Shown piece after piece: positions 18,840 through 28,211 of a DNA stretch of 64,000 nt. The stretch's first letter is position 1. Each line of letters starts with the position of its first letter. Source of the DNA: a virus (taxonomy: Duplodnaviria > Heunggongvirae > Uroviricota > Caudoviricetes); IMG/VR virus record IMGVR_UViG_3300046477_000062, positions 54,548-118,547 of that record; one strand, 5' to 3'. The position numbers were made by a program, and so were the translations under genes. The notes below the pieces were generated by a model. The model did not search any database, was not told the DNA's origin, and worked only from the letters and a program-made list of their open reading frames with translations.

Positions 18840-19283
18840 ATGATCTTGGCGCACATGGATTGCGCCGAACGATATGCCCGACTGTCGAAGGCACGACGCC
18901 TGAAGGTTGGTGCGCTGGTGGTTGATGGGGATAAAGTCATCTCTATCGGCTACAACGGCACGGAACCCGGTGCAGACAACAACTGCGAAATCGAACCGGA
19001 AAATTGGGACGGTGACATCCGCACTCTGAAGACCAAGCCAGAAGTAATACACGCAGAAGTGAACGCGCTGAAGAAGTGCGAACCCGAATACGACGATGGT
19101 CAGCTTGTCTATTCTGACGCTGGTGGATGTGACCTGTTCTGTAACTTCGCGTGTTGTAAGCCTTGCGCCGAAGCGATGGTAAGTCACGGTATCAAGCGAT
19201 TCTTCTACCGCTACGCGTATCGCGACACGGCGGGACTTGACTATCTCAGAGAAGAAGGCGTGGAAGTCCGACAGATCGTGTAA
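18840..19283 (+). CDS. cd: dCMP deaminase
   Basis: HAEVNAL ... CKPCAEA zinc-binding deaminase motifs. Confidence 0.7.
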   Translation: MILAHMDCAERYARLSKARRLKVGALVVDGDKVISIGYNGTEPGADNNCEIEPENWDGDIRTLKTKPEVIHAEVNALKKCEPEYDDGQLVYSDAGGCDLFCNFACCKPCAEAMVSHGIKRFFYRYAYRDTAGLDYLREEGVEVRQIV

Positions 19284-19286
19284 GTC

Positions 19287-19293
19287 CTAAATA
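19287..19293 (+). promoter_or_regulatory. CTAAATA late-promoter box
   Basis: 35 nt upstream of the ATG at 19328. Confidence 0.35.
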
Positions 19294-19327
19294 CGTGAGA
19301 ATGAATTAACTATGGAGGATCATTCTC

Positions 19328-19483
19328 ATGCCAACCACGCACTTCGAATGTAACGATTGTGAAGCTGTTTTCGCAGTCAAGCATTCACTTAACAAAGACT
19401 ACTACCGGGTTCTGAATTGTCCGTTCTGCGGGTCGGAGCTAGACAACGAGGAATATGATGTGGACGAGAACATAGATGAATAA
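19328..19483 (+). CDS. small zinc-ribbon protein
   Basis: CNDC...CPFCG motifs; below the ORF-track cutoff. Confidence 0.3.
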   Translation: MPTTHFECNDCEAVFAVKHSLNKDYYRVLNCPFCGSELDNEEYDVDENIDE

Positions 19484-19706
19484 CGAAAAGACAGTCAAGA
19501 AGGTCGTCATCTATTACACAGATGGCACGTATCAGGAAGTTGAAGCAATCGCAGCACTCCCGAAGCCCTATACCGGTATTCGCGGTCCCTTCGTAGCACA
19601 ACCGGCAACGGAACCGCTACCGAACCCCGATGATTATTACTATCCCGGAAAGATCGGAACATGGCCGCATCCGCCCGCCGACACTGGTATCAAGATCGTA
19701 GACTGA
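19476..19706 (+). CDS. hypothetical protein
   Basis: ORF. Confidence 0.35.
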   Translation: MNNEKTVKKVVIYYTDGTYQEVEAIAALPKPYTGIRGPFVAQPATEPLPNPDDYYYPGKIGTWPHPPADTGIKIVD

Positions 19707-19716
19707 CCGCATAAAT

Positions 19717-19750
19717 ACCCATACATTCAAAACGTATGGGTATTTTCATT
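19717..19750 (+). terminator. rho-independent terminator
   Basis: ACCCATAC ... GTATGGGT hairpin followed by TATTTTCATTT. Confidence 0.6.
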
Positions 19751-19751
19751 T

Positions 19752-20153
19752 ATGTGGTTGTATCAAGGCAAAGAACAAACTGAAATTCCGGCTGGCATGG
19801 TTGGCTTCGTGTATCTAATCACGGACCATGTTAACAGCAAGAAGTATATCGGCAAGAAGCTGTACCACTTTGCCAAGACCAAGCAAGTCAAAGGCGTAAA
19901 GAAGAAGTACAAGGCCGAATCGGATTGGAAAGAGTATTATGGTTCCAATGACGAACTGAAAGCCTTGGTCGAACTACACGGTCCCGAGAAGTTCACGCGC
20001 GAGATTCTTCACCAATGCCCGAATAAAGGCGCATGTAATTATTGGGAAGCGTATGAGCAATTTGCTCGCCACGTCCTGCTATCCGACGAGTACTACAACG
20101 GATGGATCAGCGCAAAAATTACCAAATCTCACGTTGCAAAGTTGCGCAAGTAG
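19752..20153 (+). CDS. short GIY-YIG nuclease-domain protein (Seg-like homing-endonuclease relic?)
   Basis: GFVYLITDHVNSKKYIGKK GIY...YIG motif; only 133 aa. Confidence 0.45.
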   Translation: MWLYQGKEQTEIPAGMVGFVYLITDHVNSKKYIGKKLYHFAKTKQVKGVKKKYKAESDWKEYYGSNDELKALVELHGPEKFTREILHQCPNKGACNYWEAYEQFARHVLLSDEYYNGWISAKITKSHVAKLRK

Positions 20154-20207
20154 TCTGTAGAATGGTCCCGCGTCGATCAGGCGACGCTAATAAAAAGGGG
20201 AACAATC

Positions 20208-20705
20208 ATGCAGGTAGTATCAACGATGCCTTTGCAAACGTCTATGGAAGCTGCATTTGCGCCGTGGGCGATAGTAGAAAAGTGGTTAAGAAAGGCCAAG
20301 GAACATGATCTGCCCATCTCGATCAATGGTTTGATGGGGATGGAGGAAGTCAGTAAGATCGTGAATGGCCCACAGCAAGTACGAGACATCATCAGCACCT
20401 TCCATGCGAAGAAGATGGTCACGAAGCACGAACTGACCGAAGAACAGCGCACTGGCGACAAGCGCGACCGCATCGGATACATGTGGAATCGAGAATTCAA
20501 GGGCGAAGCCTACCGACCCGCCGTCAAGCCCAACAAGAAGCCATCCAAGCCCACGACGACCAAACCTAGTGTGAGTGTCGCTCATTCCCCCGAGAAGGCC
20601 AAGCAAGCCGCTCCCAAGGCCGTAGAACTCGTCTTTCAAGGCGTGACGCTTGTCGTCAGCCGAAACCCCGAGAACGGAAACACACGGATCGTTATCGAAG
20701 GTTAA
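20208..20705 (+). CDS. hypothetical protein with a Lys/Pro-rich linker
   Basis: ORF. Confidence 0.4.
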   Translation: MQVVSTMPLQTSMEAAFAPWAIVEKWLRKAKEHDLPISINGLMGMEEVSKIVNGPQQVRDIISTFHAKKMVTKHELTEEQRTGDKRDRIGYMWNREFKGEAYRPAVKPNKKPSKPTTTKPSVSVAHSPEKAKQAAPKAVELVFQGVTLVVSRNPENGNTRIVIEG

Positions 20706-20708
20706 TGT

Positions 20709-20738
20709 AAGCCCGATCAGAGATGGTCGGGCTTTTTG
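20709..20738 (+). terminator. rho-independent terminator (loop ATCAGAGATGG)
   Basis: GCCCGA-tcagagatgg-TCGGGC followed by TTTTT. Confidence 0.6.
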
Positions 20739-20752
20739 CTTTGGAGACGGGC

Positions 20753-20992
20753 ATGAACCTGTTCCGTATCTGCCTGTACGGTGGGAGAGAGTCTTTCCAT
20801 ACCGAAGACACGCCATTCGAGTGCTATGCCGACGCTGAAGTCTATGCTAGGGAGGAAGCGAAGATTTCGGGCGCATCTCTGTACGCGGTAGTCGATCTAA
20901 CAAACTTGGGAAATGATGTTGACAAGGTTCCCAAGTTTGGGTATGATTCACACATCGACAACAAACACAGGAGCGCAAGACATGGCAAATAA
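20753..20992 (+). CDS. hypothetical protein (C-terminal part doubtful; overlaps a promoter)
   Basis: ORF that runs through the 20919 promoter. Confidence 0.2.
   Translation: MNLFRICLYGGRESFHTEDTPFECYADAEVYAREEAKISGASLYAVVDLTNLGNDVDKVPKFGYDSHIDNKHRSARHGK
20919..20947 (+). promoter_or_regulatory. sigma70-like early promoter (TTGACA-N17-TATGAT)
   Basis: Flanked by a perfect 12-bp inverted repeat CAAACTTGGGAA / TTCCCAAGTTTG. Confidence 0.6.
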
Positions 20993-21128
20993 CTGGAAAG
21001 TGGATGATGCGACCGGCGAATGGACTCCGCTGTGCGAAGGTTCCCTGCAAGAGTGCAAGGACTTCTGTGCGATGTACGGCTTCAGCTACATCGTGTGCAA
21101 CGAGCGCAACATGCTGGTGGTTCTGTGA
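20982..21128 (+). CDS. small Cys-containing protein
   Basis: SD CAGGAG; 48 aa. Confidence 0.35.
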   Translation: MANNWKVDDATGEWTPLCEGSLQECKDFCAMYGFSYIVCNERNMLVVL

Positions 21129-21325
21129 AGACGCAGGATCAGGCCCGTAGAGAATTCGCGATCTACTACGAGGAAGTCAACGCGGACAGCAAGCGGGACG
21201 GTGGCGGCGGTGTTCATAAATCGGAACTGTGGGATATGTTCATCAATCACGGTATCGAAGAAGAACGCTTCCCCGCCGATGCGACGAACTGGAAGATGCC
21301 ACGGTCAACCAAGAAGTTAATCTAG
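21125..21325 (+). CDS. hypothetical protein (GTG start)
   Basis: ORF. Confidence 0.25.
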   Translation: MKTQDQARREFAIYYEEVNADSKRDGGGGVHKSELWDMFINHGIEEERFPADATNWKMPRSTKKLI

Positions 21326-21336
21326 GAGAGAAGAAC

Positions 21337-21597
21337 ATGTTGAGACTTCCCCCGCAAGACAGCGCAATCCGCGAGTGCTTCGATACGGCGCATCTTGCGG
21401 AACTCTGCGCACCCGAGAATCGGTTCAAGCTGCCGACCTTCCGGGAAGCACTGGCGAACGCGAAATCGTTCTTCACGGCGAACAAAGGTGTCCGTCAGGT
21501 AATTTCGATCACGCTGCGCGCCAATGGTGAACTGTGGCTGATCCAAGTTGGTCCGCGTGGCGGCTGGAAGGTTCTCTGGAATTTCGGACAACTGTAG
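21337..21597 (+). CDS. hypothetical protein
   Basis: SD GGAGAG. Confidence 0.35.
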   Translation: MLRLPPQDSAIRECFDTAHLAELCAPENRFKLPTFREALANAKSFFTANKGVRQVISITLRANGELWLIQVGPRGGWKVLWNFGQL

Positions 21598-21605
21598 GAG
21601 GGAGA

Positions 21606-21875
21606 GTGATTACCGTCAAATACTGTAAGCCCGCACCAAAGACGATCCGGGCTTGGATCGAGAAGAATCCCGAGAAGGTTGCTGAGTTCGACTGCGGCGG
21701 CGGTTATTCGAACGGATTCGCCTATGACATCCTGTTGGCTCCCGGCTGGCGCATGGGCGATGATTACGTCCACACACTCATATGCGACACCGTGGCTGAA
21801 ATGATGACCGAACTGCGCGCTGTCGTACCGTGTGACTGTGACGAGTGCAAAGAAATGCTGAAGCGAAAGACTTGA
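21606..21875 (+). CDS. hypothetical Cys-rich protein (GTG start)
   Basis: SD GGAGGGAG; CDCDEC motif. Confidence 0.3.
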   Translation: MITVKYCKPAPKTIRAWIEKNPEKVAEFDCGGGYSNGFAYDILLAPGWRMGDDYVHTLICDTVAEMMTELRAVVPCDCDECKEMLKRKT

Positions 21876-21900
21876 CAGATTCCCAAGTCTGGGTTAAGAT
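21872..21900 (+). promoter_or_regulatory. sigma70-like early promoter (TTGACA-N17-TAAGAT)
   Basis: Spacer GATTCCCAAGTCTGGGT. Confidence 0.6.
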
Positions 21901-21929
21901 TCACACATCGACAGCAAGGAGAGATTCAA

Positions 21930-22271
21930 ATGTTCACTACGGATTACGCGGGTCGCGGTGTGGATGCCCTGAACCAGATTTTTGATGGCATGATGTCCAA
22001 TCTCAAACACCAATGGAAGCGAGAAGCCATGATCCTGAACAGCCATCAAGTAGAAGCCGTGTACAGCGCAATGTGCGCACTGAACAACGTCACCGGCATG
22101 ATCCATGTCGTGATGCCCGGAAAGGACGCTGGTCAGACGATCACCGTGTTTCAAGAAGTGGTGTCACACGAAGTGGTGATTCATCTTCGCTCGATGGTCG
22201 AACCAGAACCGATCAGCACCGAACGATATAAGGACCAGAACGCTTTCATAAAAGCCTACGGTTTGGACTAA
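21930..22271 (+). CDS. hypothetical protein
   Basis: Conserved leader CATCGACAGCAAGGAGAG then ATG. Confidence 0.4.
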   Translation: MFTTDYAGRGVDALNQIFDGMMSNLKHQWKREAMILNSHQVEAVYSAMCALNNVTGMIHVVMPGKDAGQTITVFQEVVSHEVVIHLRSMVEPEPISTERYKDQNAFIKAYGLD

Positions 22272-22304
22272 AATACAACAATTAAACATCTTCGCGAGGA
22301 AACC

Positions 22305-22502
22305 ATGAGTCTGACCCGTAGTGAAAGTGAATTGCTGGAAGCCCGAGAGGGCGAACTGAACGACGCCGAACGTGGTGTAATCGATGCGACCTTCGATGCC
22401 CTCGAAGAAGCCGCAAAGGTCCGTGGCGTGAAGCTGGCCCGAGACGACCGTGTAGCAGCACTGGAAGCCGCACTGGTCCGATTCCTTCTGGCATCTCGAT
22501 AA
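22305..22502 (+). CDS. hypothetical protein
   Basis: ORF. Confidence 0.35.
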   Translation: MSLTRSESELLEAREGELNDAERGVIDATFDALEEAAKVRGVKLARDDRVAALEAALVRFLLASR

Positions 22503-22519
22503 ACAACAGGGAGTGAACG

Positions 22520-22816
22520 ATGAACAAAGAACGACGCAAGGCAATATCGAAGGCCCATGAGGAATTCGACAAGATCAAGTCCGACTATGACGAAATCATT
22601 GGTCGATTCGATGACCTCAAATCGCAGATTGAAGCCATCCGCGATGACGAACAGGAAGCGCGTGACAATCTTCCCGAGAATCAACAGGACGGCGACAAGG
22701 GTCAAGCGATGTCGGACGCTATCGAGAACCTTGAAAGCGCCATCGAGACGATTGAATCTCTGATGGAAGTCGATCTGGATTCGATCATTGACAACCTGAA
22801 CAGCGCATCGGAATAA
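22520..22816 (+). CDS. hypothetical acidic coiled-coil protein
   Basis: ORF. Confidence 0.4.
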   Translation: MNKERRKAISKAHEEFDKIKSDYDEIIGRFDDLKSQIEAIRDDEQEARDNLPENQQDGDKGQAMSDAIENLESAIETIESLMEVDLDSIIDNLNSASE

Positions 22817-22850
22817 ACCACAACCAAAGAACCTGAGAGAGCAATACATC

Positions 22851-23303
22851 ATGAGCAACCAAAACCAAAAGACCATCGTCGTGAAGCTGGACCCGCACAC
22901 TTCCTTCGAACAACATCTGAACTACGAGTTGGACAAGGCGGTGTTCCTGTGGGGACTTTTCAAGTCGCTGGTCCTCGGCGCTCTATTGATCGTTGCTCTA
23001 CTCGGCGCAATCGGCTGGTACACCGGCATCCTGAACCCGGATTCCAAGACGTGGACCAAGATCAATGCAGCGACCGCCGATCACGATGCACAGAAGGCAG
23101 TCGAACTGCACGATGTACCTTCGCAAGAAGTCATGAACGCGAAGCAGAACGCCGAACACCTGCGCGCCATCGGTTCGCCGTGGGCGGCAGATGCAGAAGC
23201 GGACTATGAGAAGGCAAAGGCCAAGGACGATGCTGCACGCGCGGCGCTGCGTCTTCGTGCGCAACAAGCAGCAGCGATCCACAAGGCCGTGAAGGACGAG
23301 TAA
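22851..23303 (+). CDS. membrane protein (single TM)
   Basis: TM segment LVLGALLIVALLGAIGWY. Confidence 0.4.
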   Translation: MSNQNQKTIVVKLDPHTSFEQHLNYELDKAVFLWGLFKSLVLGALLIVALLGAIGWYTGILNPDSKTWTKINAATADHDAQKAVELHDVPSQEVMNAKQNAEHLRAIGSPWAADAEADYEKAKAKDDAARAALRLRAQQAAAIHKAVKDE

Positions 23304-23311
23304 ACCGTTAT

Positions 23312-23503
23312 GTGAGGATCGTTATGTCGATACAACTGCGACGCAAAGCAATCAAGCTATACAGCAACCCCGAGAATCCGAAGTGGCTGAATCGAAAGAT
23401 GCAGCGACAATGGATCGCAAGTATGGAGTTCCTTGGGGACCGTCACGCCTTGCGTAAGACTTCGCCACGCTTGACGACACAAGACCCTCGAATCCTCCGC
23501 TAA
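23312..23503 (+). CDS. hypothetical basic protein
   Basis: ORF. Confidence 0.25.
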   Translation: MRIVMSIQLRRKAIKLYSNPENPKWLNRKMQRQWIASMEFLGDRHALRKTSPRLTTQDPRILR

Positions 23504-23560
23504 TCGATCCGGGCGATGATGGGACCACAAACATCATCGCCCAAACTTGTAGATTTGTGG

Positions 23561-23566
23561 TATAAT
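23561..23566 (+). promoter_or_regulatory. extended -10 promoter (TGGTATAAT) with upstream CCCAAACTTG motif
   Basis: TGn plus TATAAT; no clear -35; 120-nt structured leader before rnh. Confidence 0.4.
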
Positions 23567-23687
23567 ACGCATGTTCGCTAGGGAATTCACCGTCCCTACG
23601 TTGAGAAGTTCCTACCTGAAGTACCCAATCCCTCTGCTGTGACCAACGCAAGAGAACTACAAGAAGTAAAGAAGTTAGAACAACGAA

Positions 23688-24650
23688 ATGATCCTTATAG
23701 ACTATAGCGGCACGGCCATCACACAGATCATGGGCGCGCTGCAAGGTGACAACACGGCTGTCATTGAACCCGATACGTTCCGTCACCTGTACCTGTATAA
23801 CCTGCTGGAATACAAGAAGAAGTACGGCAAGCGGTTCGGCAATATCGTGTTTGGCGTCGATAACAAGCAGTACTGGCGCAAGGCGATGTATCCGCACTAC
23901 AAGTGCTATCGGAAGAAGACCAAGGAAGATCAGGGCTACGATTGGGACATGATCCATCATTGCATGGATACCGTCAAAGCCGAACTGACTGAAATCTTCC
24001 CTTACCCGGTAGTCGATGCATCGTTCGCGGAAGCGGATGACGTGATCTACACGCTGGCCGAATTCTCGCATCTGAATTCGGGCAAGGAAGACATGTTTGG
24101 CGAACGTGAACCGGAACAGACGCTTATCATCGCGTCCGACACGGACTTGGTTCATTGTCAGAAATTCCCGGAAGTGAAGCAACTTTCGCCGTACACCAAG
24201 GAACAGGTTTTGCCGACCTTGGAACGCACGGTGAAGGGCGTCAAAGAGAAGTACAAGGTATCGCTCGATCACTTCCTTCTGGATCACATCCTGACGGGCG
24301 ATTCGGGCGATTCGATCCCGAATATCCTCACTGACGACGACTTCTTTGCGAAGAAGCTGGCCGACCCGGATACGAAGGTTCGACAAGCATCCGTAACTGC
24401 GAAGATCAAAGAGTTCTATGTGAACCAGTTGACTGAGCACGGTGAGATTCGTGAGTTCCGATCAGAAGCAGAAGAAAAGAACTTCAAGCGCAACAAGCGT
24501 CTGGTCGATCTGGGCGAGATTCCGCAACGCGTGAAAGACAAGGTTCTTGCCGTGTATCATGATCAACTTGGCAAAGACCGTTCGATGCTGCTGGACTACT
24601 TCACGAAGCATCGCCTGAAAAACCTGTTGGACGACATTCAAGAATTCTGA
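23688..24650 (+). CDS. rnh: RNase H (5'-3' exonuclease / FEN, T4 rnh family)
   Basis: Alignable to T4 RNase H: ILIDYSG, IVFGVDNKQYWRK, ADDVI. Confidence 0.8.
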   Translation: MILIDYSGTAITQIMGALQGDNTAVIEPDTFRHLYLYNLLEYKKKYGKRFGNIVFGVDNKQYWRKAMYPHYKCYRKKTKEDQGYDWDMIHHCMDTVKAELTEIFPYPVVDASFAEADDVIYTLAEFSHLNSGKEDMFGEREPEQTLIIASDTDLVHCQKFPEVKQLSPYTKEQVLPTLERTVKGVKEKYKVSLDHFLLDHILTGDSGDSIPNILTDDDFFAKKLADPDTKVRQASVTAKIKEFYVNQLTEHGEIREFRSEAEEKNFKRNKRLVDLGEIPQRVKDKVLAVYHDQLGKDRSMLLDYFTKHRLKNLLDDIQEF

Positions 24651-24652
24651 CC

Positions 24653-25084
24653 ATGAAACCTCGCGCCTCAAAATACGGACTTGACCTGACGGGAAACCCG
24701 ATTGAACCCAAGGACGGCGAACGAATCCTCGAAGAAGGGGAATCGTTGCCCGAACGTTACAGACCTTGGATCAACGGTTCCGGTTGGATAGGCGTGGCGA
24801 AGCTGCACACGCATCCGGGCGCGAATACTGTGGCCCGAGTGTTTGGGAATTATTGGGCCTATGCGGTCCCCATCAAAGCGAGAGTAGCGAAGGTCCAACA
24901 TGTCGAAGAAAACCCGCCTGAAGCGGTTCTGGACGTTCCTGAAGTGGTATCTGAGTCCGCACCTGAAATCAACAACGTGGACGCAGTACAGGACGTACCT
25001 GCACCACAGACACCAATAAAGAAGACTCGGAAGCGGAAGTCGTTGCCGTTCTACACCAACGAGATTGTATTTGATGACGATTGA
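24653..25084 (+). CDS. hypothetical protein
   Basis: ORF. Confidence 0.35.
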   Translation: MKPRASKYGLDLTGNPIEPKDGERILEEGESLPERYRPWINGSGWIGVAKLHTHPGANTVARVFGNYWAYAVPIKARVAKVQHVEENPPEAVLDVPEVVSESAPEINNVDAVQDVPAPQTPIKKTRKRKSLPFYTNEIVFDDD

Positions 25085-25192
25085 TCACCTAGTGATCCGG
25101 TTGGCCGAAGCGTATGCCGATCTGATCGATGCAGTAGAAGATTGGATTGACGACCTTCCGCCGCCGTTTAGTTGGTTCTTACCATAAAGAAA

Positions 25193-25786
25193 ATGAAAAG
25201 AAAATTTGTCGTGGCCGATCTTCACTTCGGTCACAAAGGCGTATGCAAGTTCACGGCCCCGAATGGCGTGGACAAGCTGCGTCCGTGGGACGACACCGAA
25301 ACGATGGATGATGCCTTGGTCGAAGCATGGAACAAGACCGTCAACCCGGAAGATGAAGTGTATGTGCTTGGTGACGTGACGATGAACCGATCTGCATTGC
25401 CGACTGTCGCGCGATGCAATGGCCGCAAGCATCTGATCAAGGGCAACCACGATACCGCACCGATCAGCGAATACCTCGAATACTTCTATGAAGTGTCGGC
25501 GTGCCGTGTGCTGAAGGATATGATCCTGACGCACATCCCGATCCACGAAAGCGGGTTGGGGCGCTTTGGTGTCAATGTACACGGCCACTTACATGCGTAC
25601 AATGTTCAAACTCTTTACGAACAAGTGCTGTCGGAAGATGAATCGGAATGGCATCAGATTAACGATCCGCGATACATCTGCGTGTCCATCGAACAAACGA
25701 ACTGGAAGCCAGTGTTGCTCGATCATGTACGAGACGAGATTCGAGCACGCAAGGAACGATGGGGCGACGAGTTCTTCTCGAACTAA
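25193..25786 (+). CDS. calcineurin-like metallophosphoesterase
   Basis: VADLHFGH, GDV, GNHD and HGHLH motifs. Confidence 0.55.
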   Translation: MKRKFVVADLHFGHKGVCKFTAPNGVDKLRPWDDTETMDDALVEAWNKTVNPEDEVYVLGDVTMNRSALPTVARCNGRKHLIKGNHDTAPISEYLEYFYEVSACRVLKDMILTHIPIHESGLGRFGVNVHGHLHAYNVQTLYEQVLSEDESEWHQINDPRYICVSIEQTNWKPVLLDHVRDEIRARKERWGDEFFSN

Positions 25787-25789
25787 ATA
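25783..25789 (+). promoter_or_regulatory. CTAAATA late-promoter box
   Basis: 28 nt upstream of the ATG at 25817. Confidence 0.4.
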
Positions 25790-25816
25790 GAGAATCTATA
25801 AGGACTCCTGAATACC

Positions 25817-26554
25817 ATGTCAAACCCAATGCGCTTCACCATCCCCGAAATCCTCAAAGCTGTGTCTGAAGCCAAGACACATGAGCACAAGGTCAGCATC
25901 CTTCAGAACTGCGGTACTGAAACGCTGGAACAGATTCTTCAGTACAACTTCCACCCGGACATCAAGTTCAACTTGCCGGAAGGCGATGCACCGTACAAGA
26001 AGGAAGCCGACATTCCGGTTGGCAAGTCAGCGACGAACCTGTATCGCGAGGCTCGTCGTCTGTACATCTTCCTGCATGGCTATGCGCCGAACCTGAAGCC
26101 GTATCGCAAGGAACAACTGTTCATCGAACTGCTGGAAGGCATCCACTGGACTGAAGCGGACCTTTTGATCGCGGTCAAGGACAAACGTCTTCAAGACCTC
26201 TATCCGGGCGTGACGTATGAATGCGCGCGTGATGCGTTTGATCGTCTGCTTCCGCAAGAACCGCCGAAGAAGATCGCGAAGGCAGTCAAGCTGGCAATCC
26301 CCGACCTCGACGCAGAACTGGCGAAGGAAAAGGTGGAACAAGAATCCCTCCCTTTAGCACAACCGGTGTCATCTACTCCGACGATAGTGGCTTCAGTTTC
26401 GGATACGGTGACGCCGAAGAAGAAGGGAGCACCCCCGCCGCGTTACGCAACGGAAGAAGAACGAATCGCAGCACGCAAGGAAACGATTCGGAAATCGAAG
26501 GCCAAGCAGCGGGAAAAGAAGAAGGCAGAAAAGCAAGCATCAAAAGCCGAATAA
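25817..26554 (+). CDS. hypothetical protein with a Lys-rich C-terminal tail
   Basis: ORF. Confidence 0.4.
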   Translation: MSNPMRFTIPEILKAVSEAKTHEHKVSILQNCGTETLEQILQYNFHPDIKFNLPEGDAPYKKEADIPVGKSATNLYREARRLYIFLHGYAPNLKPYRKEQLFIELLEGIHWTEADLLIAVKDKRLQDLYPGVTYECARDAFDRLLPQEPPKKIAKAVKLAIPDLDAELAKEKVEQESLPLAQPVSSTPTIVASVSDTVTPKKKGAPPPRYATEEERIAARKETIRKSKAKQREKKKAEKQASKAE

Positions 26555-26678
26555 TCGCAAGATTATCTGGACTCCTGACTACATTATTTGGACGGGACGA
26601 CTGGACTACGGTCGATCCCAATACTGAACTAAAGGAATGGCTTGATACACGAAAAACAAACAACCAAGGCTTTGTTGA

Positions 26679-28211
26679 ATGAGCAAGCAATGTCCGCATT
26701 GCGAATCTGCGAAGGTGCAGAGTCGCGGGACCAAAACCAATCAAGCGGGTAGCACACGAAACCGTTATCAGTGTATGGACTGTCTGAAGTGGTTCAGCAC
26801 CGTGGTAAGTGAAGTGGTAGATCCGGAAGTCGTCGTTCCTCGATTCAGTTCCAGTACACCCAAAGATTTCGAAGGCTATGAACGCTTCGTCATCTCGGCT
26901 GTACAGAACGACACACTGGTCAACAAGCAATTCCTCGAATCGCTGAAGCTGTACTGCGAAGTCAACAAGGCCAAACTGATCCTTGTGCCGATCACCTACA
27001 AGGCGACCGAAGACTCACAGTACTGCGTCGATCCTGAACTGCTGGTGACGCAAGATGTCCTGTTGTCGAAGAAGCTTCGCCTGTTGGCCCATGTGCAGAT
27101 CAGTCCGACCATCGCAACGCCGCTGGCTGGCTTGGATGAACAGAGCAAGGGCAACAGCCTGATCATCGCGCATCCACAGCTACAGATGCGGACCCTTGCA
27201 ACACTCGAAGATTCTCCCATCCAACTTTGGACCACTGGTGCAATCACGTATGACAACTATGCACAGACGAAGACAGGCGAAAAGGCGAAATTCAACCATT
27301 CGCTTTCTGCCCTTGTCATTGAAAAAGACCATAATCAGTTCTACTGTCGTGTCCTTAATTGCGACGACGATAATGGATTCTACGACCTCGATCTGTATTA
27401 CGGCCCGACCGCCGTTCGTTCGACGGGCCAAGTAGAAGCACTGATTACGGGCGATGAACACGCGATGTTCACGTCCCCGGAAGTGAAGGCAGCAACCTAC
27501 ACTGGCGATAGTTCGCTAGTGAACCTGTTGAGGCCCAAGAAGATTGTGCGGCATGATGTGTTGGACTTCTTCACTGGTTCGCACCATCACCAACACAGCT
27601 TCCTACTTCAGTATGCGAAGCACAAGACGCGAACGAACATCGTTGAAGATGAACTGACGCTTACGCTTCGCTACATCGCAGAGACGACGCCATCGTATGC
27701 CGAAAACGTCATGGTCGCATCGAATCACGTTGAGCACATGAACAAGTGGCTTGACACGATTGATCCGAAGACTGAAGTTTGGAACGCCAAGCTTTACTAC
27801 CGGATGATGTACCTGATGCTGGACCACATTGACGAGAACGGTATCGACATTCCGAACGCGTTCCAGTTGTGGACGGAAACGACGCAGCATGAGTTCGCAA
27901 CCCCGAAGCTTCGTTGGTTGGGTCGCAATGAACCGTTCAAGATTCATGGCATCGAACTGTCAAACCACGGCGACATGGGTATCAATGGGTCGCGCGGCAG
28001 TCCTGCACAGTTCAGCCGTCTGCCTGACAAGATGGTCGTTGGACACAGCCACAGCCCGAGCATCATGAAGGGTTGCTACACGGTCGGAACATCGACTGGT
28101 CGGTTGGAATACACGAAGGGTCCGTCCTCATGGGCGAACAGTCATGTCGTGATCTACCCGAACGGCAAGCGTCAGTTGATCACGATCATCAACGGCAAGT
28201 ACCGTCTTTAA
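26679..28211 (+). CDS. N-terminal transposase-type zinc-ribbon plus C-terminal metallophosphoesterase-like domain protein
   Basis: CPHCES...RYQCMDCLKWFS; GDEH, SNHVEH and GHSHSP motifs. Confidence 0.5.
   Translation: MSKQCPHCESAKVQSRGTKTNQAGSTRNRYQCMDCLKWFSTVVSEVVDPEVVVPRFSSSTPKDFEGYERFVISAVQNDTLVNKQFLESLKLYCEVNKAKLILVPITYKATEDSQYCVDPELLVTQDVLLSKKLRLLAHVQISPTIATPLAGLDEQSKGNSLIIAHPQLQMRTLATLEDSPIQLWTTGAITYDNYAQTKTGEKAKFNHSLSALVIEKDHNQFYCRVLNCDDDNGFYDLDLYYGPTAVRSTGQVEALITGDEHAMFTSPEVKAATYTGDSSLVNLLRPKKIVRHDVLDFFTGSHHHQHSFLLQYAKHKTRTNIVEDELTLTLRYIAETTPSYAENVMVASNHVEHMNKWLDTIDPKTEVWNAKLYYRMMYLMLDHIDENGIDIPNAFQLWTETTQHEFATPKLRWLGRNEPFKIHGIELSNHGDMGINGSRGSPAQFSRLPDKMVVGHSHSPSIMKGCYTVGTSTGRLEYTKGPSSWANSHVVIYPNGKRQLITIINGKYRL

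Noticed and set aside
23352-24440. 362-aa − strand ORF
   Set aside because: Antisense to the rnh gene, which aligns to T4 RNase H
25147-25185. TTGACG-containing candidate promoter upstream of the metallophosphatase gene
   Set aside because: No acceptable -10 at 16 to 18 bp spacing
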